A DNA stretch of 64,000 nucleotides from an uncultured Chloroflexia bacterium. GTDB taxonomy: Bacteria; Chloroflexota; Limnocylindria; Limnocylindrales; CSP1-4. Location of the stretch: positions 1,760,001 through 1,824,000 of the forward strand of contig CAWEZH010000002.1 of the NCBI GenBank assembly GCA_963813535.1, in the 5' to 3' direction. The position numbers and the translations under genes were made by a program. The notes under the pieces are model-generated. The model saw only the letters and a program-made list of their open reading frames with translations. It was not told where the DNA came from and did not search any database. Shown here one piece after another: positions 19,360 through 28,289 of the stretch; position 1 is the stretch's first letter, and every line of letters begins with the position of its first letter.

Positions 19360-20545
19360 GCCCGAGGCCGGCAACGAAACGGCCCATCCGACCGAGCGCC
19401 TCGCTCAGGTTCTCGCGGGAATTGGCGTACGAGATCCGGATGTGATCGGTGCCGACCCCGCCGAACGCGGTGCCGGCAAGGACGCAGACGTCGTGATCGA
19501 CGAGGAGCCGCTCCGCGAATTCAGCCCCGGACAGGCCCGTGCCCGAGATGTCGGGGAAGGCATAGAAGGCCCCGAGCGGTGTCGCGCAACGGATCCCATC
19601 GATCTCGTTGAGGCCGTTGACGACCAGGTCACGTCGGGCCTTGAACTCCACGACCATCGCGTCCACGTCGTCCTGCGGCCCGACGAGGGCCTGGACCGCA
19701 CCGATCTGCGCGAACGTCGGCGCGCACGAGATCGTGTTGATGATCAGCTCGGAGTAGGTCGGGACGAGCGATTCGGGCACGACCGAATAGCCCAGCCGCC
19801 AGCCGGTCATCGCGAAGGTCTTCGAGAAGCCGTCGAGCAGGATGGTCCGCTCGGCCATACCGGGCAGCGACGCGATCGACACGTGCTCCTCGCCGTCGTA
19901 CAGGATCCGACCGTAGATCTCATCGGTCATGACCCACAGGTCGTGCTCCTGGGCGAGCTCGGCGATGCGCTGCAGGTCGGCCCGCGTCAGCACGCCACCC
20001 GTCGGGTTGGCCGGCGAGTTGATGATCAACAGCTTGGTCCGAGGCGTGATCAGGCGGGCCAGCTCCTCGACATCGAGACGGAAGCCGTTGTCCATCCGGA
20101 TCGGGATGGGCACAGGCGTCGCGCCGACGAAGCGCGTCAGCGACTCGTAGATCGGGTAGCCCGGGTCCGGAACGATCACCTCGTCGCCCGGATCGATCAG
20201 GCCGAGGATGGCGTACAGCATCACGCCCTTGCCGCCGACCGTGACGAACACCTGCGACGGGTCCGCCGGGAACCCCTTCCGCCGCGTCACGTCCTCGGCG
20301 ATCGCCGTGCGCAGCTCCGGGATGCCTGGGAACGGCGCGTAATGGGTGGCGCCGTCGTCGAGGGCTCGCTTGGCGGCCTCGCGGACGTGGGCGGGCGTGT
20401 CGAAGTCGGGCTCACCGATCTGGAGGTGGATCATCGGTCGGCCTTCGGCCTCGAGCGCGCGTGCCCGCGCGCTGACTGCGAACGCACCCTCGGTGCCGAT
20501 CGTGTTCATCCGAGCGGCGACCCCGCGGACTGACGAGACGGACAT
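19352..20545 (-). CDS. PLP-dependent class I aminotransferase (AspC-like)
   Basis: [35 protein letters not shown]. Confidence 0.93.
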   Translation of the reverse strand: MSVSSVRGVAARMNTIGTEGAFAVSARARALEAEGRPMIHLQIGEPDFDTPAHVREAAKRALDDGATHYAPFPGIPELRTAIAEDVTRRKGFPADPSQVFVTVGGKGVMLYAILGLIDPGDEVIVPDPGYPIYESLTRFVGATPVPIPIRMDNGFRLDVEELARLITPRTKLLIINSPANPTGGVLTRADLQRIAELAQEHDLWVMTDEIYGRILYDGEEHVSIASLPGMAERTILLDGFSKTFAMTGWRLGYSVVPESLVPTYSELIINTISCAPTFAQIGAVQALVGPQDDVDAMVVEFKARRDLVVNGLNEIDGIRCATPLGAFYAFPDISGTGLSGAEFAERLLVDHDVCVLAGTAFGGVGTDHIRISYANSRENLSEALGRMGRFVAGLGRG

Positions 20546-20584
20546 CGGGTGGACCTCCCCGTTTGCGGTGACGGTGAAGCGGTT

Positions 20585-21502
20585 CTACGGCAGCAGCGAG
20601 CGGATCGCGAAGGCCACGTTCGCCGGGCGTTCGGCCAGCCGGCGCATGTACCACGGGTACCAGGCGTCGCCGTAGGCGATGAGCGTCTGGACCCGGTAGC
20701 CGGCCTTGGCGAGTCGATATTGCTCCCGTGACCGGATCCCGTACAGCATCTCGACCTCGAACCCATCCCGCGGGACACCCGCCGGGTCGACCTGCTCGGC
20801 GATCTGCTCGACCAGCGCGACGTCGTGGGTGCCCAGGCCGAGCCGGATCGACCGACCGCGGCCGGTCTTGAGGATGTCGACCGCGATCGACAGGTAGCTC
20901 GCATCGACCTGACGCTTGTCGCGATACGCGATCGACGCCGCCTCGTCGTAGGCGCCCTTCACGAGCCGGATCGAGGGGTCGAGCGGCCGCAACCGCTCGA
21001 CGTCCGATGGCGTGCGCTTGAGGTATGCCTGCAGGCAGATCCCCGTCCGCGGGTGCTCGGCTCGGAGCCGTTCATACAGGGCGATGGTGGCCTCGACGTA
21101 GTCGCTGCCCTCCATGTCGATCCAGAGGTACGACCCCGTCGCCTCCGCCTTCTGCGCGAGACGGACGAGGTGCGTCAGGGTCCGCTCCGGGTCGAGGTCG
21201 AGGCCCAGCTGGGTGGGCTTGACCGAGACTTCGCCCCGGTAGCCGCGAGCCGCGATCGCATCGAAGACACCGACATAGTGGTCGGCGACGGCATCGGCCT
21301 CCTCGAGATTGGTGAGGTTCTCACCCAGCCGCGTGTACATGGTCCCGATGCCTGCCGCCTCGAGCGGCGCGGCGGCGTCGAGTGCCGCTTCGAGGCTCTC
21401 ACCGGGCATGAAGCGCCGCACCGCCCGCTTCATGAATCGGAACTGCGGAAGGTGCTCCTTGAGCCAGCCGTTCCGCGCGGCCCACAGGAAGACGCGTCGC
21501 AT
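20585..21502 (-). CDS. Monofunctional proline dehydrogenase
   Basis: SVKPTQLG, WIDME, LQAYL, RLVKGAY, GTHD, EMLYG, WYMRRLAERPAN; true start MRRVFLW at 21502. Confidence 0.92.
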   Translation of the reverse strand: MRRVFLWAARNGWLKEHLPQFRFMKRAVRRFMPGESLEAALDAAAPLEAAGIGTMYTRLGENLTNLEEADAVADHYVGVFDAIAARGYRGEVSVKPTQLGLDLDPERTLTHLVRLAQKAEATGSYLWIDMEGSDYVEATIALYERLRAEHPRTGICLQAYLKRTPSDVERLRPLDPSIRLVKGAYDEAASIAYRDKRQVDASYLSIAVDILKTGRGRSIRLGLGTHDVALVEQIAEQVDPAGVPRDGFEVEMLYGIRSREQYRLAKAGYRVQTLIAYGDAWYPWYMRRLAERPANVAFAIRSLLP

Positions 21503-22275
21503 CAGGGCAGGCCCCGCACCATGCCGCCGTCGACCGGCACGATCGCGCCGGTCAGGTAGGACGCTGCCGGTGACAGCAGGAATGCGCCGACACGACCCAG
21601 CTCGGCCGGCTCGCCATAGCGACCGATCGGGATCCTGGCGATCGTCGCGGCGCGGACCTGGTCGGTCGACTGGCCGGTCCGCTTCGCGGTCGACTCCTCG
21701 ACCTCGATGATGCGCGGCGTCGTGAATCGGCCGGGCGCGAGTCCGTTGATCCGCACAGGGACGATCTCGGCGCTGAGCGACTTGATGAGGCCCATCAGGC
21801 CGGGGCGGATCGTGTTGGATGCGGTCAACCCGGGGATCGGCTCCCTGGCCGACGATGAGAGGATCACGAGGATCGACGGGCGGTCGCTCGCCCGCAGGTG
21901 TGGGAGCGCAGCACGAATGAGCCGGATCGCGCCCTTGAGCGTGCCATCGATCGCGCGCTCCCAGGCCGCCTCGTCCAGGTCGTTGAACGTTCCAGGAGAG
22001 GGCCCGCCGGAGTTCACGAGCACGAGGTCCAGGCCGCCGAATGCCGCGACGGACCGCTCGACCGCGTCCGCGGGGCCTTCGCGGCTTTCGAGATCGGCGC
22101 CGATGGCGATAGCACCGTCGACCCCTGACGCCGCGGTCTCGAGACGGTCGGATGGGCGAGCCACCAGGGCGACCCGGGCACCCTCTCCCGCCAGCGCAGA
22201 CCCGACGGCGAGTCCGAGTCCGCTCGACCCTCCCCCCACCAGCGCACGTGCACCGTCCAGACCCAGGTCCAACAC
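21502..22275 (-). CDS. SDR family oxidoreductase
   Basis: GGGSSGLG, VNSGGP, SNTIR (non-YxxxK subgroup), RIPIGRYG...VDGG. Confidence 0.9.
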   Translation of the reverse strand: MLDLGLDGARALVGGGSSGLGLAVGSALAGEGARVALVARPSDRLETAASGVDGAIAIGADLESREGPADAVERSVAAFGGLDLVLVNSGGPSPGTFNDLDEAAWERAIDGTLKGAIRLIRAALPHLRASDRPSILVILSSSAREPIPGLTASNTIRPGLMGLIKSLSAEIVPVRINGLAPGRFTTPRIIEVEESTAKRTGQSTDQVRAATIARIPIGRYGEPAELGRVGAFLLSPAASYLTGAIVPVDGGMVRGLP

Positions 22276-22365
22276 GCTCCTCCTGCCGCCCGATGGTACG
22301 CGACCGATACGTCCTCACGGGGCGTCGGCGCGGGGCTTCTGGGCGGCCGGGCTAGAATCACCGCG

Positions 22366-22773
22366 ATGACCACGTTCTTCGACATCGACGCGGCGAACCA
22401 GGCCCTCGAGGAAGTCGGGCCACTGCTGGCGACGCTCGCCGACCAGCGCGCGGAGCTCATCCGCCTGCGGGATCGGACCCTGGCGGCGCATGCATCGGCG
22501 ACCGGCGGCGGTCCCGATCTCGATCCCGAGGAGGCGCAGCGGATCCGCCTGCGGATGCAGGGCATCGTCGACCAGATGGCCGCCGCGGTCGCACGCATCG
22601 ACGCACTCGGCATCACCCTCCGCGATATCGAGCACGGCCTGATCGACTTCCCGGCACTCGTGAGCGGTCGTCAGGTCTGGCTGTGCTGGGAACTCGGCGA
22701 GGACGCCATCGGGTTCTGGCACGCGATCGACACCGGGTTCGAGTCGCGTCGACCGCTGGCCGAGCTCGTATGA
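22366..22773 (+). CDS. DUF2203 family protein
   Basis: FDIDAANQAL...LRDIEHGLIDFP...LCWELGE...WH...GFESRRP; leaderless TAGAAT. Confidence 0.85.
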   Translation: MTTFFDIDAANQALEEVGPLLATLADQRAELIRLRDRTLAAHASATGGGPDLDPEEAQRIRLRMQGIVDQMAAAVARIDALGITLRDIEHGLIDFPALVSGRQVWLCWELGEDAIGFWHAIDTGFESRRPLAELV

Positions 22774-23189
22774 CCGCCCGCCAGGTCGTCGTCGGCGAGG
22801 ACGGTCGGGCGAAGGTCTACCGGCCACTCCCCGACGAGGTCCGCATCGCCGCGGTCCGGGCCGGTCTCGAGGCGTATGGGGCGGGCGACTTCTTCGAGGC
22901 GCATGAACACATGGAACCGGCCTGGATGGGCACGGCCGACCTTGCCGAACGAAACCTCATCCAGGGACTCATCAAGGTCGCCGCCGCCGACGTGCATGCG
23001 GTGCGCGGCAACCCGCCCGGCATCCGCCGGAACCTCGAGGGCGCTCGCGACCGATTGCGCTCCGGCGTCGGTGGGTCGATCACCGGCGTCGACCTCGACG
23101 TCGATGGTCTTCTTGCCGCGATCGACACGAGACTGGCGGGCACGACTGACCTGTCCACGCCCATCACCATCGGATGGAGGATGCGATGA
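22770..23189 (+). CDS. DUF309 family protein
   Basis: FFEAHEHMEPAW...QGLIKVAAA..H. Confidence 0.85.
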   Translation: MTARQVVVGEDGRAKVYRPLPDEVRIAAVRAGLEAYGAGDFFEAHEHMEPAWMGTADLAERNLIQGLIKVAAADVHAVRGNPPGIRRNLEGARDRLRSGVGGSITGVDLDVDGLLAAIDTRLAGTTDLSTPITIGWRMR

Positions 23190-23554
23190 CCGCAGGCCCC
23201 GGGACCCCATCGATCGACGCGACGGAGGCCGAGCGCCGCCTGCGCGAGGACCCCGATCAACCGCTACTGGTCGATGTGCGTGAGCAGCACGAGTTCGACG
23301 AGGTCCGCGCGCCGGGCGCGGTGTTGATGCCGATGTCGACGTTCGCGACACGGGCCGGCGAGCTGCCGACGGACCGGCCGCTGATGATCGTGTGTCACAC
23401 GGGCGCCCGATCCTCGGCCGTCACCGGCTTCCTCGTGCGCTCGGGCCGGACCGATGTGGTCAACGTCGCCGGCGGGATGGAGGCGTGGGAGCGCGGCGGG
23501 TTGCCGGTCAGGCATGGCACACCGGAAGCCGGCGAGGGCGCCCTGCCAGGTTGA
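23186..23554 (+). CDS. Single-domain rhodanese
   Basis: LVDVREQHEF, active-site CHTGARS, NVAGGMEAW. Confidence 0.9.
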   Translation: MTAGPGTPSIDATEAERRLREDPDQPLLVDVREQHEFDEVRAPGAVLMPMSTFATRAGELPTDRPLMIVCHTGARSSAVTGFLVRSGRTDVVNVAGGMEAWERGGLPVRHGTPEAGEGALPG

Positions 23555-23585
23555 CTCGGAGTCGCCCGGCCGGCGCAGCGGCGGG

Positions 23586-25049
23586 CTAGCGGACCCGCCG
23601 GATGACGCGGGAGACGAGGGCGCGAGCCTGCGGCTTGTGCGCGTACGCCCAGCCGATGATGATCAGGATGATGAAGTTGACCGTGCCCACGCCGGCAGCG
23701 TTCAAGTAGCCGAGCTGCTGGCCGATCTCGCCGTCGATCTTGAGCCCCGGGACGGTGGCGCCGAACGGACCGAGCTGGAAGAACGGCGAGGTCGGTGAGG
23801 TGTTCGACCGCAGGCTCGACGTCAGGATCTCGTCGGCCGACTCGCCGCCGACGAGGACGGCGTTCGGGCCGGTCACGAGGGCGCTGGATCCTGTCAAGCC
23901 ATACGGGAGGTCACTCTGTGGCAGGTGGGTCCACTCGAGGACCGTACCGTCGCTCGTCGGGATCGACCAGAAGACCTCGGGCCGGGGGCCTTCGCTGTCG
24001 GCCCCGCCCATGATGTAGAGCGTCCCGTTGGCGGTGTATCCAGCAGCGTCGTCACGTGCAGCCGGCAGGTTCCACGCGTTGTCGATGTCCCAACCGATGA
24101 CCTTGCCCTGCTCCGGGTTCTCCGGGAAGCCCTCGGGGGCCTCGAGCCCGATCCTGCCGCGCTGGACCGCCCCGACGGGACCGGCTTCGTCATGGCCGCC
24201 ATACAGCCAGATGAAGTCGCCGACGACCGCTCCGAGAGCGTCGGCCTGCGGGCGCGCGAGCGGAGCCTCCACTTCCCACTCACCGAGCGCACCCTGGGCA
24301 TCCAGCGGGCTCTTGTACGTCGTGGTGACCGGGCCGTTCTCGCCTTCCCCGCCGACCACGACCAGGCCGTCGGCCGTAGAGAGCGCCACGGCCTGGGCGA
24401 GCGGTTCGGGCAGGGCCAGATCATCGACCGGCTGCCATTCCCCGAGGACGCTCGTGGCCGGATCGGCGGCGATCGAGAAGACGGTCGTTGTCGGTGCGCC
24501 GTCGGCGTCGTAGCCGCCGATCACGTACACCGTGCCGGACACCGACGTCACGGCTGCATCGCTGCGCGGCTCGGGCAGCTCCGGCCCCGGCTGCCACGTG
24601 TCGAAGTTGCCGGTGCCCGACGTCTGCGCGACATACACCGTGGAGGTGGCGGCCTCGCCGTCCGATCCGCCGATGTACAGGATCTGCGCGCCGAGCTGGA
24701 GCGCCGTCCCGTCGGTCCGCGGTTCGGGCAGTGCGAGCTCGGAGGGGGACGGATGCCATGGCACCAGGGCCCCGCGCGGCGCCGGGCACGGCAGCGTCTC
24801 GTTCTCCGACGAGCAGAGATTGATCGGGGACCAGACGAGCAGACCGAGATCGACGGTCCGGTTCACCGTGAAGTAGTAGGCGCGGTCTGGGAGGTAGCCC
24901 AGCATCAGGAGGATGATGATCAGCCAGACGAACGACTTGAGGCTCGCCCACGCCCAGCCGTCTGCGTCGAGCAACCCGAACATCGCGCGCCGCTTGGGCA
25001 CGACCAGCCCTGGCCCGAGGGCGGGACGCGTGGTCCCTGCGGCGCTCAT
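23586..25049 (-). CDS. Membrane-anchored Kelch-repeat beta-propeller protein
   Basis: Six GG blades (YIGG, VIGGY, VVGGE, LYGGH, IMGGA, LVGGE) between N- and C-terminal TM helices; ATGA overlap with the cytochrome c gene. Confidence 0.8.
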   Translation of the reverse strand: MSAAGTTRPALGPGLVVPKRRAMFGLLDADGWAWASLKSFVWLIIILLMLGYLPDRAYYFTVNRTVDLGLLVWSPINLCSSENETLPCPAPRGALVPWHPSPSELALPEPRTDGTALQLGAQILYIGGSDGEAATSTVYVAQTSGTGNFDTWQPGPELPEPRSDAAVTSVSGTVYVIGGYDADGAPTTTVFSIAADPATSVLGEWQPVDDLALPEPLAQAVALSTADGLVVVGGEGENGPVTTTYKSPLDAQGALGEWEVEAPLARPQADALGAVVGDFIWLYGGHDEAGPVGAVQRGRIGLEAPEGFPENPEQGKVIGWDIDNAWNLPAARDDAAGYTANGTLYIMGGADSEGPRPEVFWSIPTSDGTVLEWTHLPQSDLPYGLTGSSALVTGPNAVLVGGESADEILTSSLRSNTSPTSPFFQLGPFGATVPGLKIDGEIGQQLGYLNAAGVGTVNFIILIIIGWAYAHKPQARALVSRVIRRVR

Positions 25050-26116
25050 CCGGCGGTCAGGGTGCCGGTCATGTTCGGATGGACGGAACAGTTGAACGGG
25101 TAGTCACCGGCGTCGAGCGCGGGCACGGAGTAATCGACCTCGGTCGGGCCAGTGACGATCTCGCCGGTGAACACGCTCGTCCCGCTGCCGTCCTTGATCT
25201 CGACGTTGTGGGGGACACCGTCCTCCGTGTTGGCGAAGTGGATGACAAAGGCCTCGCCGGCCGGTGCGGTCGCTTCCGACTGGTCGAACGCGCTGCTCGA
25301 GCTCGCCGAGATATCGACGACCTGGGCGTTCGGATCGATCGACTGCGCCGGGCCCGGACTCTGGCTGCTGCCGCCGGTCAACTCGTCCGTCCAGCAGTCC
25401 GGGAATGGGGTGGCCCCCGGCTCGGGCAGGTAGTTCGGATCGCGCCACCCGGTGAACGTCAGGACCTTCCCGGTCTGCGGGTCGATCTTCGGGTCGAGCA
25501 GGTGCTCGTCGCGGACGATGTACTCGCGGTCGTTCGTCGCCAGGAGGAACGCGACGAGCTCCTCGACCTGACGATAGTTCAGCGGTCCGGGCGGATTGCC
25601 CTCGTTCGACCAGACGGGCATCTTCGACTTCGGGTCACCACAGACGTACCGACCACCGACGGTCAGCACGTTCCGGATATAGGCCTCGCTCAGGTGGGCG
25701 AAGAGCTTGTCCTGACGGTTCAGGGTCGGCCCCTCCCCGCCCTCGCCGTCCACCCCGTGGCACCGCGCGCAGTTCGCCTGATAGACGTTGTATCCACGCT
25801 CGACTCGTGAGACCTGCTGGGCATCGATCTCCTGGGCCTGTCGGGCCACGGTCAGCCCGCCCGGGGCACCCAGCTCATAGAACCAGTACAGCGAGATGAA
25901 CAGGATGATGACGATGACCGCCAGGAACCCGACCCACCGAGCGTTCGCCGACTGGCGGACGACCTGGGCCGCGCGCTCCGGCGTGAACTCGGTCTTGCGC
26001 ACCGGCGGTGGCGAGGTGAACCGTTCGACGAGCGAGCGATCCTCGGGCGGGCGCACGGCTGGCAGACGCTGCTCGGGCGCGCCTTCCTCCGGCTCCCGTC
26101 CGGGCGTATCGGTCAT
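25046..26116 (-). CDS. Membrane-anchored cytochrome c fused to a type-1 copper cupredoxin
   Basis: TM helix, CARCH heme motif, distal KMP Met; C-terminal HNV...FNCSVHPNM (His/Cys/His/Met). Confidence 0.9.
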   Translation of the reverse strand: MTDTPGREPEEGAPEQRLPAVRPPEDRSLVERFTSPPPVRKTEFTPERAAQVVRQSANARWVGFLAVIVIILFISLYWFYELGAPGGLTVARQAQEIDAQQVSRVERGYNVYQANCARCHGVDGEGGEGPTLNRQDKLFAHLSEAYIRNVLTVGGRYVCGDPKSKMPVWSNEGNPPGPLNYRQVEELVAFLLATNDREYIVRDEHLLDPKIDPQTGKVLTFTGWRDPNYLPEPGATPFPDCWTDELTGGSSQSPGPAQSIDPNAQVVDISASSSSAFDQSEATAPAGEAFVIHFANTEDGVPHNVEIKDGSGTSVFTGEIVTGPTEVDYSVPALDAGDYPFNCSVHPNMTGTLTAG

Positions 26117-26155
26117 CGGTCTCCTCGATCGACGATGGGTCGCGTCACGGCACGC

Positions 26156-26830
26156 TCAGATGCAGCCGGTCGGGGTAAGGGGCGGGATGATGCCGGGCTG
26201 GCCGAGCGCCACGGGAAGCGGTCCGAGCGTGATCTTGCCGGTGTCGATATGGAGGGATCCGTTGCCGTCGACCATGATCGAGAAGCGGTCCATGCCGCGC
26301 GGCGCCGGACCGTATTGCGCGCCGTCGGCCTTGATCCCCAGTCGGTCGTACCGGGAGCCGTGGCAGGGGCATTCCATCCAGAAGTTCTTCAGGCACGGAT
26401 TGGGCTTACAGCCGAGGTGCGGGCAGCGCTGGTAGAGCGCGCGCACGTTGAGCGCCGATCCATCGCCCGTCGTGTCCTCACCCGGCGTGAAGCGCTGCTG
26501 GGAGGGGTCCTTCAGGACGACGAACGCGCGTGCCTCGGCGTAGTACGCGGGGAACCCTTCGGCGATCGGCAACACGCTGTTCGCGGTCTTGACGTCATCC
26601 AGGGTCCCGATCTCGAGGACGGCCCCGAATCCCTTCCGGAGGCTCGGCCAGGCGAACGCGAGCGTGCCGGCGAGCGCCTCGACGGTCGCGAGGCCGATGC
26701 CGGCCCCGAGGGCGACACGCATCAGCTGGCGACGGGACATCCCCTGGACCTGCTCCTTGCGGAGGGCCTTGATCGCCTGCGGTGTCAGGGCAGCGGGCTT
26801 GTCGATCGATTCGACGTGGTAGTTGCTCAT
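26156..26830 (-). CDS. Rieske [2Fe-2S] subunit of a Rieske/cytochrome b complex
   Basis: Tat motif SRRQLM, TM helix, CPHLGC and CPCHGS boxes, GPAPR. Confidence 0.95.
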   Translation of the reverse strand: MSNYHVESIDKPAALTPQAIKALRKEQVQGMSRRQLMRVALGAGIGLATVEALAGTLAFAWPSLRKGFGAVLEIGTLDDVKTANSVLPIAEGFPAYYAEARAFVVLKDPSQQRFTPGEDTTGDGSALNVRALYQRCPHLGCKPNPCLKNFWMECPCHGSRYDRLGIKADGAQYGPAPRGMDRFSIMVDGNGSLHIDTGKITLGPLPVALGQPGIIPPLTPTGCI

Positions 26831-26835
26831 GGTCC

Positions 26836-27441
26836 CTACAGCGAGAAGTACATGCCGGGTGCGGTCACGAACGGGATGATGAAGGTGTACCCGGGGCCGC
26901 GGAAGAAGATCCCGACGAAGGTCAGGACGAGCCCGAGGATGCAGAACAGCGTGAACAGCACGACCGCTGTCTTCCGCTGCGAGGGGCGAGTGGCCAGGAT
27001 GTCACCGCGGTCCACATACGGGATGAGCGCCGCTCCGACGAGCACGAAGGTCGGCGCGAGGACGCCTGCAACGACCGGGTGCAGGTAGGCCAGCAGCTCC
27101 TGCAATCCAAGGAAGTACCAGGGCGCCTTGGCGACGGCAGGCGTGATGTTGCCGTTCGCAAGCTCCTCCAGGGGCGCGTTGATGAACAGGCCCATCAGCA
27201 AGAGGAAGATCGACATCACGCCGGCCGCAAGGAACTCGATCGACAGCAGGTGCGGCCAGGTCATGACCGTGTCGTCGGGTTCCTTCTGGACGCGGACGAC
27301 GGCGTCCTGCTTGACCAGCGCGAGCAGCCGATACGGCCGCGCCGACATCGGCACGCGCTGCTTATCGATCTCGGTCCGCCGCGCCGGATCGACGGGCAGC
27401 ACCTCCCGCCGCGTGGTGGTCGGATCCTTCGTATCGGTCAC
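26836..27441 (-). CDS. Cytochrome b C-terminal subunit (subunit IV/PetD-like)
   Basis: WPHLL, APLEELAN, AKAPWYF (PEWY-equivalent), IPYVDR, 3 TM. Confidence 0.9.
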   Translation of the reverse strand: MTDTKDPTTTRREVLPVDPARRTEIDKQRVPMSARPYRLLALVKQDAVVRVQKEPDDTVMTWPHLLSIEFLAAGVMSIFLLLMGLFINAPLEELANGNITPAVAKAPWYFLGLQELLAYLHPVVAGVLAPTFVLVGAALIPYVDRGDILATRPSQRKTAVVLFTLFCILGLVLTFVGIFFRGPGYTFIIPFVTAPGMYFSL

Positions 27442-27466
27442 GTCGAACTACCTTGCGGGCCGATAG

Positions 27467-27562
27467 GAGCGCCCAGCGCAAGGCGGCGGCGAGCACGCGA
27501 CCGAGCGCACCTCAAGGTGCGTGAGGGAGCGCGCGCAGGCAACAACGCCGCGATGGGTGCTC
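27467..27562. repeat. ~96-bp imperfect palindrome (REP/MITE-like) between the cytochrome b genes
   Basis: Ends GAGCGCCCA / TGGGTGCTC; central hairpin GCGCACC-TCAA-GGTGCGT. Confidence 0.5.
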
Positions 27563-28289
27563 ATAGCGGCCCGCTTATCCCACCGTCTTTGCGAATGCGC
27601 CAGAAGTGCACCGTCAGGAAGATGGCCGCGATGAGCGGCAAGAACACGACATGCCCCACATAGAACCGGATCAATGTGTTCTGGCCGACCTCGACGCCGC
27701 CGAGAAGGATCCGGTTCACCGGTGTGTTGAAGATCGGGACGTAGCCACCCATGTTCGTGCCGATGGTGATCGCCCAGAAGGCGATCTGGTCCCACGGCAG
27801 CAGGTAGCCCGTGAAGCTGAGCATGATGGTCAGGAAGAGCAGCACGACCCCGACGACCCAGTTGAACTCGCGGGGCGGCTTGTAGGCTCCGTGGTAGAAG
27901 ACCCGCATCATGTGCAGGAACACGAAGAACACCATGAGGTGGGCGCCCCACCGGTGGACGTTGCGTGTCAGCAGCCCGAACGCCACCTCGCTCTGGATCT
28001 CGAGGATGTTCGTATAGGCGAGCGTCGCCGACGGGACGTAGAAGAACATCAGGTAGACGCCCGTCACCGTCAGCACCAGGAACAGGAAGAAGGACAGTCC
28101 GCCGAGACAGAAGGTGTAGGCGAATTTGACCGCGTGCTGGCGGACACGGACCGGGTGGATATGCAGGAAGACGTTGTTCATGACCGCGTACGCGCGCGAT
28201 CGTTCGTCCCGCGGGTAGGGCTGCCGGAAGAGGGATCGCCAGACCGGGCTACGCCGGATCGTCTGGTCGACCCGCTCCAGGAAACTCAC
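27561..28289 (-). CDS. Cytochrome b6-type N-terminal subunit
   Basis: FCLGG (heme ci Cys), HRWGAH...LH, GYLLPWDQ, H-x14-H in helix D, C-terminal GISGPL. Confidence 0.95.
   Translation of the reverse strand: MSFLERVDQTIRRSPVWRSLFRQPYPRDERSRAYAVMNNVFLHIHPVRVRQHAVKFAYTFCLGGLSFFLFLVLTVTGVYLMFFYVPSATLAYTNILEIQSEVAFGLLTRNVHRWGAHLMVFFVFLHMMRVFYHGAYKPPREFNWVVGVVLLFLTIMLSFTGYLLPWDQIAFWAITIGTNMGGYVPIFNTPVNRILLGGVEVGQNTLIRFYVGHVVFLPLIAAIFLTVHFWRIRKDGGISGPL

Noticed and set aside
20585-22318. 577-aa PRODH fusion, and similar N-terminally extended ORFs (15144-16670, 55709-57139, 56692-58230)
   Set aside because: The extensions overlap the upstream real genes in another frame; true starts are coupled to upstream stops
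26156-28289. Photosynthetic b6f complex
   Set aside because: No cytochrome f or photosynthesis genes; a split b6-type cytochrome also occurs in non-phototrophs
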